Shown one piece after another: positions 22,134 through 30,815 of a stretch of 32,000 nucleotides of DNA. Position 1 is the stretch's first letter, and each line of letters starts with the position of its first letter. The translations under genes and the position numbers were made by a program. The notes under the pieces are model-generated. The model was not told the origin of the DNA. It did no database searches and saw only the letters and a list, made by a program, of their open reading frames with translations. This stretch comes from Candidatus Saccharimonadota bacterium. Lineage in GTDB: Archaea > Micrarchaeota > Micrarchaeia > Micrarchaeales > Micrarchaeaceae. The stretch covers positions 690,001-722,000 of the forward strand of contig NZ_CP019964.1 in the NCBI RefSeq assembly GCF_002214165.1, written 5' to 3'.

Positions 22134-22688
22134 TTGAAGCAAGGATCTAGGATTATATCCATAGCTGGCGGGCCTATACGATCAGGGAAATTTGCTTTGC
22201 TTGTTGGTATTGTCGGAGAAAAAAATACAATAGAAGGTGTACTGTCTTCAAAAATACGGGTTAACGGATCTGATTCTACGCATAAGATAATAAAAATGAT
22301 AAGCGCTAGCAGGTTCAAGGATGAGATAAAGATTATTTCCTTGAATGGAATCGCTATGGCAGGATTGAACGTAGTTGATCTTGTAAAGGTAAAAGAGGAG
22401 CTCCATATCCACTTTCTTGTTATGACAAGGAAAAGGCCGAGGCCAAACGAGATTGCAAATGCTTTAAAAGCATTCTCATCAAAATCCGGTGATGATGTAA
22501 AGCCAAAAATGGATAGGATAACTGAATTTGGGGAATACGAGTTTTATGGTGATAAAAATATCTACGTTCTATCTGATCTGCCTAAGCAGTCCTATAAGCA
22601 GGTACTTGATTTCTGCATCGAATTCCAGAGGATTGCACATCTAGTAGCTAGGGGCATCAGTGAAGGAGAATCAAAAGGGAAAATATGA
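22134..22688 (+). CDS. DUF99/UPF0215 family protein (endonuclease-V-like fold)
   Basis: LLVGIVGEKNTIEGVLSSKIRVNGSDSTHKII .. ISLNGIAMAGLNVVDL resembles the UPF0215 pattern. The non-ATG start (TTG 22134) is uncertain. Confidence 0.55.
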   Translation: MKQGSRIISIAGGPIRSGKFALLVGIVGEKNTIEGVLSSKIRVNGSDSTHKIIKMISASRFKDEIKIISLNGIAMAGLNVVDLVKVKEELHIHFLVMTRKRPRPNEIANALKAFSSKSGDDVKPKMDRITEFGEYEFYGDKNIYVLSDLPKQSYKQVLDFCIEFQRIAHLVARGISEGESKGKI

Positions 22689-22691
22689 TAA

Positions 22692-22776
22692 TGCAGGGAG
22701 TGAGATTTGAACTCACGAACCCCTACGGGAATGGGCCCTAAACCCACCGCATTTGGCCATACTTTGCTATCCCTGC
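22692..22776 (-). tRNA. tRNA-Leu (anticodon TAG), class II with a long variable arm
   Basis: The reverse complement folds as acceptor GCAGGGA/TCCCTGC, anticodon stem GTGGG/CCCAT, loop TTTAGGG (anticodon TAG), variable arm TCCCGTAGGGGTTC, T arm GTGAG-TTCAAAT-CTCAC, discriminator A. No encoded CCA. Confidence 0.9.
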
Positions 22777-22785
22777 ACTAAAAAT

Positions 22786-25548
22786 TCAGGTCCTGCCATA
22801 TCTTGCCATAAAGTTAAGGTATGGCGTAAGCATTGCCTCTGAAGCAGAAGGCTTGGTATTAATTATTGCATTCGATAAGTCTTTATAAGTTATCGTAACC
22901 TGCTTTCCTGTCTGCAAATCCCTTTCAAGAGCTTTCATCTTCACACCTCTGCATATTCCTGCTATGTCCGCACCTGTAAAATTCCTTGTTATCGCTGCCA
23001 GTTTAGAGAACCTTACATCTTTTGATAGAGGCGTATTGCTGAGGTACTCTTTGAATATTGAAGCTCTCTCCTTCAGGTTTGGGGGCGGTGTGTATACAAG
23101 CTTGTCAAATCTTCCATTTCTTAGCAAAGCTGTGTCCAAATCCTCAGGCCTGTTTGTGGCTGCCACGACTACCACACCTGTCGTTTTTCTTATGCCATCC
23201 ATCTCCTGAAGCAGCTGGCTTGTTATCTGCGCCGAGTACTCACTGGAGCCTTCGCGGGACCTTATCAATCCGTCTATCTCATCTATGAATATTATGGACG
23301 GGGTATTGTCAAGTGCCCTGTAGAACAAGTCTTTTATCGTTGTATTTGCTTTTTCCAAACCCTGCCTTTCAACATCTGCGCCGTTCAATTCTAGTGTTGT
23401 AACTCCTTTGAAATCCTCTTTGACCGCTCTCATGAGCATAGTCTTTCCACAGCCGGGAGGGCCATAAAGCAGTATCCCGTTTATCGATTTTATATCATAT
23501 TTTTTTATCAGGTCAGGATGCATCAGCGGTATCTGTATAGCTTCGACTATTGAGTTCTTTGCTTCTGACATGCCTATTACGCTGTCTATTGTTACATTTT
23601 CATCTGCTTCCTCGACAGGTTCAATTCCTCTCTGCCTTCTGAAGTCCAGATCAAACTCGTTGTACTTTTCCAACTGGGCAAATGTTGTGGATGGGCGTAT
23701 AACCTTCAATGTCTTCATTATGTCCTCCTGCCTTATCTCCAGTATCCTATGTTCTTTGGATGCTTGGGAGGCTATTTCCTGTGCTACGGTTGCACATACA
23801 TTCTGTATGTCTGCACCTGAATAGCGTTGTGTCTGCTTTGAAATCTCGCTTATATTTATGTCACCGGCAAGAGGCAGCTTTTTTAGATACATTGAGAATA
23901 TCTCTTTCCTGCCATTGAAATCAGGAAGGTGCATGTATATTGCCTTGTCAAACCTCCCAGGCCTCAATAATGCGGGATCTAGCTTATCGGGTATGTTAGT
24001 GGCTGCAACTACTATTACCCTGTCCAGTCTCTCAAATCCGTCCATCTCTACCAACAGCTGGCTTATAAGGTGCTTATGCACATCGTCTGTCGATTCGTCA
24101 TTCCTTGAGGCTGCTATTGTATCTATCTCATCTATAAACAGGATGCATGGTGTGTTCTTTTTTGCCACATCAAATACATGTACTATCTCCTTTTCAGATT
24201 CCCCTGGATAAGCCGACACTATGTTAGAAGCCTTTATATAAAAGAACGCGGAGTGGGTCTCGTTTGAAAGTGCTCTCATCAATTTTGTCTTTCCTGAACC
24301 TGGTGGACCGAAAAGCAGTACACCTTTTATAGGAGCAATGTTATAGGCTTTCGATACTCCCTTCTGCTCTAATGGTGATATTATTGATTCCCTGAGCTCA
24401 GCCTTTATCGTTTCGTAATCTGCTATATCATCAAATGTCTCTTTAGTGGAACCTGAGCTAAGGTCTTCGAAGGCTTCACCAAACTTCATCCTTATGTCAT
24501 TCTTTTTTATGTTCAGCGCATTGCTTATTTCATAATTATATAGTTCCATTAGGTAAAACGCTATAGGGGCTATAAGGAAGCTTATAAATGGTACAATGTA
24601 ATTTATCTTTACACTAGATAGAATTATGCTCAGGCCAACAAATATCGCTGGAAACCCTACACCTATTATAGATGCCTTGGCGCCTTTGTATTTTGACCTG
24701 CTTGATATCACAACCTTCTCTATCCCATATGCTATCGCTATGAACAGCAGCAATTCAAGAAGATACTCTGGCTGGTGCGATATGCCTACCGCAATTATGG
24801 TTATCATATCCGATATGGAACTTGTTACAATGCCACTGACAAGAACCGATGAGCTTTTCAATGCTAAAGGTATAAAGGTAAAAATGGTCGGCCTGACAAA
24901 AGAGGTAATTGAAAAATATGGGGCAATCCTAGACCATTGCGATAATATGTAAGAATGCACGGGCAATGCCGTGTACATTATAAATCCCGTATTCTGTATC
25001 CCGGTTATGGCTGAAAGTGCTGCAATAGAAAGGAACGAAACTGCATACAGCATTCCAGATCTCTTAAACCCTATTAATATTGGGGATATTATTAGAAAAG
25101 GAATCTCAAGCATGTATCCCAAAGCCGAAAAAGGCAACGATGCCAATATGAATAGTAGAACTATTACCCTATAATGCCTGTATCCGAGAATCAATGTAAG
25201 GCTTATAAGAAGCAGGAGAACCCATGCGAGTAATGGAAATTCTATTATAGATATAGGAAAAAGGAAAGCTGCCAAGCTTATTATACCTAAGTAAGGGTGG
25301 AATTGGGCAAGTATGAATATGATAAAGGCCAATATAACCGCTATCACTATTGGATATGCGGGGAATGCAGCGTTTACTGCTATAAACGCTATTATCATTA
25401 ATATTGAATCCAGGAAATGTTTGTTTGAGAATATTTCTGAGAAGAAGCTGTTTATATTGTAAAAGAATATGGGTGCCTTGTGCCTTTTCTTTATCAGCAT
25501 CTTCACATTGCTGCTTTTTATAGCTTCATCGGATGTATGTTTAGACAT
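22786..25548 (-). CDS. Membrane-anchored tandem AAA+ ATPase (Cdc48/VAT-like D1-D2 cassette behind a ~335-aa polytopic N-terminal domain), 920 aa
   Basis: Two classic-clade AAA modules. Walker A GPPGSGKT (nt 24286-24309) and GPPGCGKT (nt 23440-23463). Walker B ILFIDEID and IIFIDEID. Both have ATNxPxxLDxALLRxGRFD. The N-terminal ~335 aa (nt about 24544-25548) is almost entirely hydrophobic helices. Confidence 0.9.
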   Translation of the reverse strand: MSKHTSDEAIKSSNVKMLIKKRHKAPIFFYNINSFFSEIFSNKHFLDSILMIIAFIAVNAAFPAYPIVIAVILAFIIFILAQFHPYLGIISLAAFLFPISIIEFPLLAWVLLLLISLTLILGYRHYRVIVLLFILASLPFSALGYMLEIPFLIISPILIGFKRSGMLYAVSFLSIAALSAITGIQNTGFIMYTALPVHSYILSQWSRIAPYFSITSFVRPTIFTFIPLALKSSSVLVSGIVTSSISDMITIIAVGISHQPEYLLELLLFIAIAYGIEKVVISSRSKYKGAKASIIGVGFPAIFVGLSIILSSVKINYIVPFISFLIAPIAFYLMELYNYEISNALNIKKNDIRMKFGEAFEDLSSGSTKETFDDIADYETIKAELRESIISPLEQKGVSKAYNIAPIKGVLLFGPPGSGKTKLMRALSNETHSAFFYIKASNIVSAYPGESEKEIVHVFDVAKKNTPCILFIDEIDTIAASRNDESTDDVHKHLISQLLVEMDGFERLDRVIVVAATNIPDKLDPALLRPGRFDKAIYMHLPDFNGRKEIFSMYLKKLPLAGDINISEISKQTQRYSGADIQNVCATVAQEIASQASKEHRILEIRQEDIMKTLKVIRPSTTFAQLEKYNEFDLDFRRQRGIEPVEEADENVTIDSVIGMSEAKNSIVEAIQIPLMHPDLIKKYDIKSINGILLYGPPGCGKTMLMRAVKEDFKGVTTLELNGADVERQGLEKANTTIKDLFYRALDNTPSIIFIDEIDGLIRSREGSSEYSAQITSQLLQEMDGIRKTTGVVVVAATNRPEDLDTALLRNGRFDKLVYTPPPNLKERASIFKEYLSNTPLSKDVRFSKLAAITRNFTGADIAGICRGVKMKALERDLQTGKQVTITYKDLSNAIINTKPSASEAMLTPYLNFMARYGRT

Positions 25549-25728
25549 TCAAGGACCTGATTTATTATGCAATCTCTATACCTTAAATAATAAATTTATT
25601 ACAATATTTATATATTGCCCTTATTTTTGATTTTTCCGCTATTGCAAGTGCATGGTTTTGAAAATTTTGAGAGGGCCTTTGCATTATACATAGAATGTAT
25701 TTAAGATTATCTTTGTTATAGCTAATGG

Positions 25729-26508
25729 ATGATAGTTACTTTATTGCAATCCATCTTGTCAATAATTTCTGGTTTGCTTGTCGGATTTAGCCTTGGCTTA
25801 ATAGGTGGTGGAGGATCCATACTTGCTATACCTCTGTTTATTTATTTTGTAGGCATAGATGAGCCTCACAAGGCCATAGGGACAACAGCACTGGCAGTAG
25901 GCGTGAATGCATTCATAAATTTTTACCAACATGCAAGGGATAAAAACGTAAATCTTAAAGTTGGTGTACTGTTTGCCTTCATAGGTCTTATTGGTGTTTT
26001 CATAGGGTCTGAAGTTGGGCTTTACTTGCCAGGAAAAAGCCTCCTTGCTTTGTTTTCAGTTCTTATGGTAATAATAGGCGTATATATGTATTTAAGCAAG
26101 TGCAAGACCTTGCCTGACGAAAATTGCAAGTCGCTTGATGGGATTAAGAAGAAGAAATTGACATTTTATTCATCGCTTGTAGGATTTGCTTCCGGCTTCT
26201 TCGGAATAGGTGGGGGATTCCTTATAGTTCCAGGAATAATGTCTTCTACAAAAATAAAGATAAACCAAGCAGTAGGGACCTCATTGTTTGTTGTGGGCAC
26301 TTTTGGAATAGGCACAGCAATAAGATATGCGTTTGCCGGTGACGTCTTGCCTGAGCTGTCAGTATTGTTTATAATAGGAGGTATATTAGGAGGGTATTTT
26401 GGTACACGTGTGTCTGTAAAGATGAACAAGAATCTGCTTAGGAAGATATTTGCGGCTATAGTGATTGTTTTCGGCATTTACATATTTTTGGAATCTGCAA
26501 TTTTGTAA
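25729..26508 (+). CDS. TauE/SafE (TSUP, DUF81) family anion permease
   Basis: 259 aa and polytopic, with an internal duplication carrying GLIGGGGSILAIP and GIGGGFLIVPG motifs. Confidence 0.8.
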   Translation: MIVTLLQSILSIISGLLVGFSLGLIGGGGSILAIPLFIYFVGIDEPHKAIGTTALAVGVNAFINFYQHARDKNVNLKVGVLFAFIGLIGVFIGSEVGLYLPGKSLLALFSVLMVIIGVYMYLSKCKTLPDENCKSLDGIKKKKLTFYSSLVGFASGFFGIGGGFLIVPGIMSSTKIKINQAVGTSLFVVGTFGIGTAIRYAFAGDVLPELSVLFIIGGILGGYFGTRVSVKMNKNLLRKIFAAIVIVFGIYIFLESAIL

Positions 26509-26602
26509 TCAGATAGAATTGCATTTGATTAGACAAATGTTAATAAGTATTGCTGAATATATTTACTTACAATTACACTATCAAAGCATAGTGAGGGGTT
26601 AA

Positions 26603-27922
26603 ATGAAAAATATCCCGGCTAAGATAAGTTATTCCTTTAGAAAATTGGAAAAAATTTACGGGCGCAGTATAGACCTTAAGCTTGTAAATGGCAAATTCTG
26701 TATTTTTGAGGTCTTAAAAACCCACAGCCCAAAAGGCAGAAGAAACAGTATCTCTCTTAGTTATATCGGCTGGATAACCAACAAAGGGGCATTAATACCT
26801 GCAAAACCTGAATTTCGCGGTTTGGATGTATCAGATTTAGAAACATTTAATGGGGTACCTGAACCTTCAGAACCAGATCAAAAAAATTTGGATGCTTACG
26901 ATATTTATGATATTGAGGTAGATGGTTTAGATCTTAAAATTTTGAAGATTTTGAGCATGAACTCAAGGCTTGCTTATCCTAAAATCTCCAAATTAATAGG
27001 AACTCCAGTAAATACTGTTAAATATAGAATAAAGAAGCTAAAAAAAGAGTTAGGTATAAAGGATACGTTAGAGCTAAATACCGGGAAGTTAGGGTTCTCC
27101 AATTATTTGATTGCCGTAAAATTCTTGGATCAGAAACCTGAGGAACAGAACATCTTAAAGGCCACTTCAAAAAATCCTAGGGTGCAACTAGTGCTCTTAA
27201 CAAAGAGCATCTACGATCTTCTAATATTTTGTTTAGCAGAAAACAGCAGTATAATTGAAAGTACACTTGATGAGATAAGGGGGGACCCTGCTTTGAGGTC
27301 AATCAGATCCGAATGGTATGTAACATCAATAAATCCAAATTATGGATTTTTACCATTAAGGCAAGAATTTTTTGATATTTTAATTAACAAGGCATCAAAT
27401 GGCAGTATGATGGAAGAAAAACTTTGCCTGCCCGCTTTAAACTCAAAGGAATACAAGGTTCTTTACGAGTTAAATATTGATGGAAGAAAGGAGTTTAAAA
27501 GCATAGACCAGAAGTATAACTTGCCTGCAGGCAGCAGCAAAAAGGCTTACAGTAACCTGATTAATGATACAAAGAAAAATTTGATCTTAAGGCCAACTAT
27601 TATTATGAGGAGCATCCCTAAGATTTATGATGCCGTTATAATTGCTAAGGTCATTGACAAAGCTGAATTCATAAAACATAAAGATGTCCAAATTGGGGCA
27701 ATAGACAAACCTGAAACGACTACTGACAAGTTCTCTTACATATGCGATATTGGGATCCCTGATGGCATATTGTATCTGTTTTCAGTAATTAATGATAGAG
27801 ATTTAGAAGAGGTTAAAAATGAGATTGAAACATCCATAAAAGGTGTTGAACTGGAATCATTGATAATTGAAAAAAATATATTGGGAGATATAGGCTACAG
27901 AAGATTTGTGTGCGGCATTTAG
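26603..27922 (+). CDS. Tandem Lrp/AsnC-like protein (439 aa): unknown N-terminal ~100 aa plus two HTH and RAM-like modules
   Basis: Module 1 (nt about 26924-27337): LDLKILKILSMNSRLAYPKISKLIGTPVNTVKYRIKKLKKELGI followed by ..VQLVLLTKSIYDLLIFCLAEN... Module 2 (nt about 27434-27877): SKEYKVLYELNIDGRKEFKSIDQKYNLPAGSSKKAYSNLI followed by ..IYDAVIIAKV... SD GTGAGGGGT upstream. Confidence 0.6.
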   Translation: MKNIPAKISYSFRKLEKIYGRSIDLKLVNGKFCIFEVLKTHSPKGRRNSISLSYIGWITNKGALIPAKPEFRGLDVSDLETFNGVPEPSEPDQKNLDAYDIYDIEVDGLDLKILKILSMNSRLAYPKISKLIGTPVNTVKYRIKKLKKELGIKDTLELNTGKLGFSNYLIAVKFLDQKPEEQNILKATSKNPRVQLVLLTKSIYDLLIFCLAENSSIIESTLDEIRGDPALRSIRSEWYVTSINPNYGFLPLRQEFFDILINKASNGSMMEEKLCLPALNSKEYKVLYELNIDGRKEFKSIDQKYNLPAGSSKKAYSNLINDTKKNLILRPTIIMRSIPKIYDAVIIAKVIDKAEFIKHKDVQIGAIDKPETTTDKFSYICDIGIPDGILYLFSVINDRDLEEVKNEIETSIKGVELESLIIEKNILGDIGYRRFVCGI

Positions 27923-28120
27923 AATGTATGTTTGGCAAAAAGGCTTGGCAATTATTACAATACTTATTATTTCCAATGAATATAAGAGTGATACCTAGCA
28001 TAAGTATAAATATCTTTTTTTTCTCAATATGTCTGCATTTGGATCTTTTTGGCAATATGCTAGAATTTATAAATTTTAACGTTATAAAATCACATATAAA
28101 CCCAATATTAATTAAATAGA

Positions 28121-28207
28121 CCCGTTGTAGCTCAATGGTAGAGCGGCCGGCTGTAGCCTGTGTAGAAAGAAACCGGCAGGTTGGGTGTTCAAATCACTCC
28201 AACGGGA
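28121..28207 (+). tRNA. tRNA-Tyr (anticodon GTA) with a 15-nt intron at the canonical 37/38 position
   Basis: Acceptor CCCGTTG/CAACGGG (C1:G72, the archaeal/eukaryal Tyr identity pair). D arm GCTC-AATGGTA-GAGC. Anticodon stem GCCGG/CCGGC enclosing 22 nt (CTGTAG + 15 nt + A). T arm GGGTG-TTCAAAT-CACTC. Discriminator A, no CCA. Confidence 0.85.
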
Positions 28208-28253
28208 TGCAAAATGCATAAAAATTTAAACTTAAAATAACAATATAAACCAA

Positions 28254-28325
28254 GTCTCGGTAGTGTAGTGGTTAGCATGCGACCCTGTCACGGTTGCGAC
28301 TCGGGTTCGAATCCCGACCGAGGCG
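28254..28325 (+). tRNA. tRNA-Asp (anticodon GTC)
   Basis: Acceptor GTCTCGG/CCGAGGC, anticodon arm CGACC-CTGTCAC-GGTTG, T arm TCGGG-TTCGAAT-CCCGA, discriminator G. 72 nt. Confidence 0.9.
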
Positions 28326-28422
28326 CCTATTTTAGAGATTTTTATGCTAATATAATTTGGCACTAAATTCAAAATATGCTTGATACACAAACGCATATGT
28401 TGAAAATGAAAGCAATAAATAA

Positions 28423-29346
28423 ATGTACTATGACATTAATATCGTGGAGAATGAGAGTGTCTTAGGATTTGAAGTTGGTGCGAGCAAAACAATAGCACTG
28501 GTAGGAGACCTTTCCGGAAACGTATTTTCAAAGATAATCGCAGACACTAGAAATGAAAAAGATGATAAAGAGGTATTGTTTAGGCAACTTAAAGAGCTGC
28601 AGAAAAAGGTTTCTAAAAAATATGACTTTAATTACGTGAGCATGACATTTCCTGGTGCTATAAATAGAAAAGGGATTGTTGCTTATACCCCTAACCTTCC
28701 TGGATGGAAGGGCTATAACTTGATGAAAGGCCTTAAGGAGAGATTTGATTCGGAGGTATTTGTAGAAAATGATGCAAATGCACAGGCGGTCGCAGAAAAG
28801 ATCTATGGTTATGGAAGAAAGTACAGCAATTTCATATACCTTACAGTAGGAACAGGCATAGGGGGCGGCATATTTATAGATGATAAGCTTTACTCCGGGC
28901 ACAATGGATGGGCTGGTGAATTTGGTCACATGGTGATAGGAGAGGGGCCTAAATGTGGATGCGGCAGATATGGATGCCTTGAAACACTGGCTTCTGGAAG
29001 CGCTATCAAAAGGATGGCATTTGAAGCAGGAAAGAACATGAGTGGAAAAGAAGTTTTTGAAGCTTGGTTTGATGGTGATAAAGCCGCAAAGGCAATTGTG
29101 GAAAAGGCTGCAAGCAGCTTCACGATTGGGATTGCAAATATCGTCAATATATTTGACCCGGAAGCAATAATTATTGGTGGAGGTATAACAAAAAACAATG
29201 AGCGCTATCTAGGTTACATAAGAAAAAAGCTGCCGAAAGAGCTTGGCAATTACAGGAGAAGAATAAAGATAATACGTGCTTCAGAAAATCTTATTGAAAA
29301 GGCACCTCTTGCACTTGCAGCATATAGATTAAATATAGGCAATTAG
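28423..29346 (+). CDS. ROK-family sugar kinase (glucokinase-like)
   Basis: ENDANAQAVAE, LTVGTGIGGGIFIDDKLYSGHNGWAGEFGH, and the ROK zinc motif CGCGRYGCLETLASG. Confidence 0.85.
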   Translation: MYYDINIVENESVLGFEVGASKTIALVGDLSGNVFSKIIADTRNEKDDKEVLFRQLKELQKKVSKKYDFNYVSMTFPGAINRKGIVAYTPNLPGWKGYNLMKGLKERFDSEVFVENDANAQAVAEKIYGYGRKYSNFIYLTVGTGIGGGIFIDDKLYSGHNGWAGEFGHMVIGEGPKCGCGRYGCLETLASGSAIKRMAFEAGKNMSGKEVFEAWFDGDKAAKAIVEKAASSFTIGIANIVNIFDPEAIIIGGGITKNNERYLGYIRKKLPKELGNYRRRIKIIRASENLIEKAPLALAAYRLNIGN

Positions 29347-29400
29347 CCAGAAATTTTTACAGAAGAAGGAATAATTGCCTTTAACAAAGTGAGCGGGAAA

Positions 29401-29423
29401 TCCCACACGCTTTAGCGGTGGGA
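29401..29423 (+). repeat. Left-end subterminal hairpin of the IS
   Basis: In TCCCACACGC-TTTA-GCGGTGGGA, TCCCAC pairs with GTGGGA and CGC with GCG, with one bulged A. Confidence 0.7.
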
Positions 29424-29461
29424 TGAAAGCGAACTGCTGAATAAAGTAAAGGTGTATAAAT

Positions 29462-30718
29462 ATGAATGGTTATACAAACAACATGGATTCCACAAGAGCC
29501 TATAAATTCAGGATCTATCCAGATACTAAAAGGCAGAATGAGATAGATGAAAGGCTAATCCTTGCACAGCAGTTCTACAACAAGATTCTGGAGAAGTCCA
29601 TTGAATCCTATAAGAATGGAAAGGCAAAAGCCTCAATGGCACAGTTCAACAGGTTCGTCAAAGAAATAATCCAAGATGACAAGAAATACCTGAAACTATA
29701 CTCGCAGACGAGATGCGAGATTGAATATAGGCTTCTCAAGGCATACCAGAACTTCTTCAGGAGAATAAAGGAAGGAAACAGGAAGGCAGGATTCCCAAGA
29801 TTCAGGTCAAGGGACAGGTACAAGTCAATAACATATCCTCAGTACAATGGCTCTTTCTCAATAAAGAGGGGCAGGCTGAGAGTCTCAAGGATAGGAACAA
29901 TGAGGATAGAATTGCATAGGAAGATAGAAGGCACAATCAAGACTCTTGCAATAAAAAGGGAAGGAAAGGATTATTACGCCATCTTCACCACAGCAAACGA
30001 AATAAAGATTCCGCAATTGAAGGACACAAACCCTGTCGGCATAGATATGGGTTTGCATTCATTTATTGGGATGTCATCTAGAATGAAGATAGAGAAGCCA
30101 AGGTTTGTTAGGAAGAGGGCAAAGCATCTTGCAAGATGGCAAAGAAGAATTGCAAAGAGGGAAAAAGGCAGCAAAAGAAGGGAAAATGCAAAGAATCATC
30201 TACAAAAGGAATGGGAACACGTTACAGAGCAATCTGATGACTTCTCCCATAAACTTTCTAACAAATTGGTAAATTCAGGATATACTTCATTCGCAGTAGA
30301 GGATTTGCACATTCAAAACATGGCAAAAAACCATAATTTTGCGCAGGCAATCTATAATGCTTCATGGAACAGGTTCATCCAAATGCTCTCATACAAGGCT
30401 GAAAGTGCCGGCATGAAGGTAATAAGGGTGGATGCAAGAAACACGACACAGGAATGCAGCAACTACCACTGCATAAAGGAAGGCGGCGAAAGGCTGGCTC
30501 TAAAAGATAGAGTCTACAACTGCAATAGATGCGGTATGCAGTTAGACAGAGATATAAATGCATCAATAAACATATTGCACAGAGCAACTACCCTCGGACA
30601 GAGGGGAAGTCACGCTCAGGGAGATATGGCCTCTGCAGTTCAACAGGAACTGAAAAGTCGCATCGCTGAACTGAGAACCGATAAAACACATCCTTTGCGG
30701 GATGCAGTGTTTGCATGA
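29462..30718 (+). CDS. tnpB: TnpB (OrfB) RNA-guided endonuclease-type transposon protein, 418 aa, apparently intact
   Basis: AYKFRIYPD N-terminus. RuvC-I VGIDMGL, RuvC-II FAVEDL, RuvC-III LDRDINASINI. Zinc finger CSNYHC..CNRCG. SD AAGGTG at 29450-29455. Confidence 0.9.
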   Translation: MNGYTNNMDSTRAYKFRIYPDTKRQNEIDERLILAQQFYNKILEKSIESYKNGKAKASMAQFNRFVKEIIQDDKKYLKLYSQTRCEIEYRLLKAYQNFFRRIKEGNRKAGFPRFRSRDRYKSITYPQYNGSFSIKRGRLRVSRIGTMRIELHRKIEGTIKTLAIKREGKDYYAIFTTANEIKIPQLKDTNPVGIDMGLHSFIGMSSRMKIEKPRFVRKRAKHLARWQRRIAKREKGSKRRENAKNHLQKEWEHVTEQSDDFSHKLSNKLVNSGYTSFAVEDLHIQNMAKNHNFAQAIYNASWNRFIQMLSYKAESAGMKVIRVDARNTTQECSNYHCIKEGGERLALKDRVYNCNRCGMQLDRDINASINILHRATTLGQRGSHAQGDMASAVQQELKSRIAELRTDKTHPLRDAVFA

Positions 30719-30730
30719 ATGCAGAGGAAG

Positions 30731-30751
30731 CCCACACCGCTTGCGGGTGGG
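30731..30751 (+). repeat. Right-end subterminal hairpin of the IS
   Basis: CCCACACCG-CTTG-CGGGTGGG has the same CCCAC-A(bulge)-C.. architecture as the left-end hairpin. It lies 13 nt after the tnpB stop. Confidence 0.7.
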
Positions 30752-30815
30752 AGGATGTCACTTACAGAATCCTTTGATTAGTGGTTTTATTTCAGCAGAA
30801 GCTAAGCTTAGTGGC

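Larger units (their letters stand above)
29357..30769 (+). mobile_element. IS200/IS605-family element of the solo-TnpB (IS1341-like) type, about 1.4 kb
   Basis: An intact tnpB with no tnpA. Similar same-orientation subterminal hairpins at both ends. The 8-nt direct repeat TTACAGAA at 29357-29364 and 30762-30769 brackets the unit. Exact ends are ambiguous within those 8 nt. Confidence 0.75.

Noticed and set aside
19690-22318. Long antisense ORFs across r-protein and rpoL/DUF99 genes (19690..19947, 19802..20230, 20354..20602, 20841..21101, 21220..21501, 21851..22318)
   Set aside because: They lie opposite well-recognised conserved genes and have low-complexity Ser/Phe/Leu-rich products. They are shadow ORFs.
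22964-25174. Plus-strand ORFs inside the AAA+ gene (22964..23209 through 24971..25174)
   Set aside because: They are antisense to a 920-aa ORF with two complete AAA cassettes.
27813-28119. ORFs 27813..28055 (-) and 27910..28119 (+) in the spacer between the Lrp-like gene and tRNA-Tyr; also considered as a replication origin because it is very AT-rich
   Set aside because: The ORFs are Ile/Phe/Asn-rich translations of AT-rich DNA without start signals. I found no origin-recognition-box-like repeats or flanking cdc6/orc1, so the region is more likely the tRNA promoter region.
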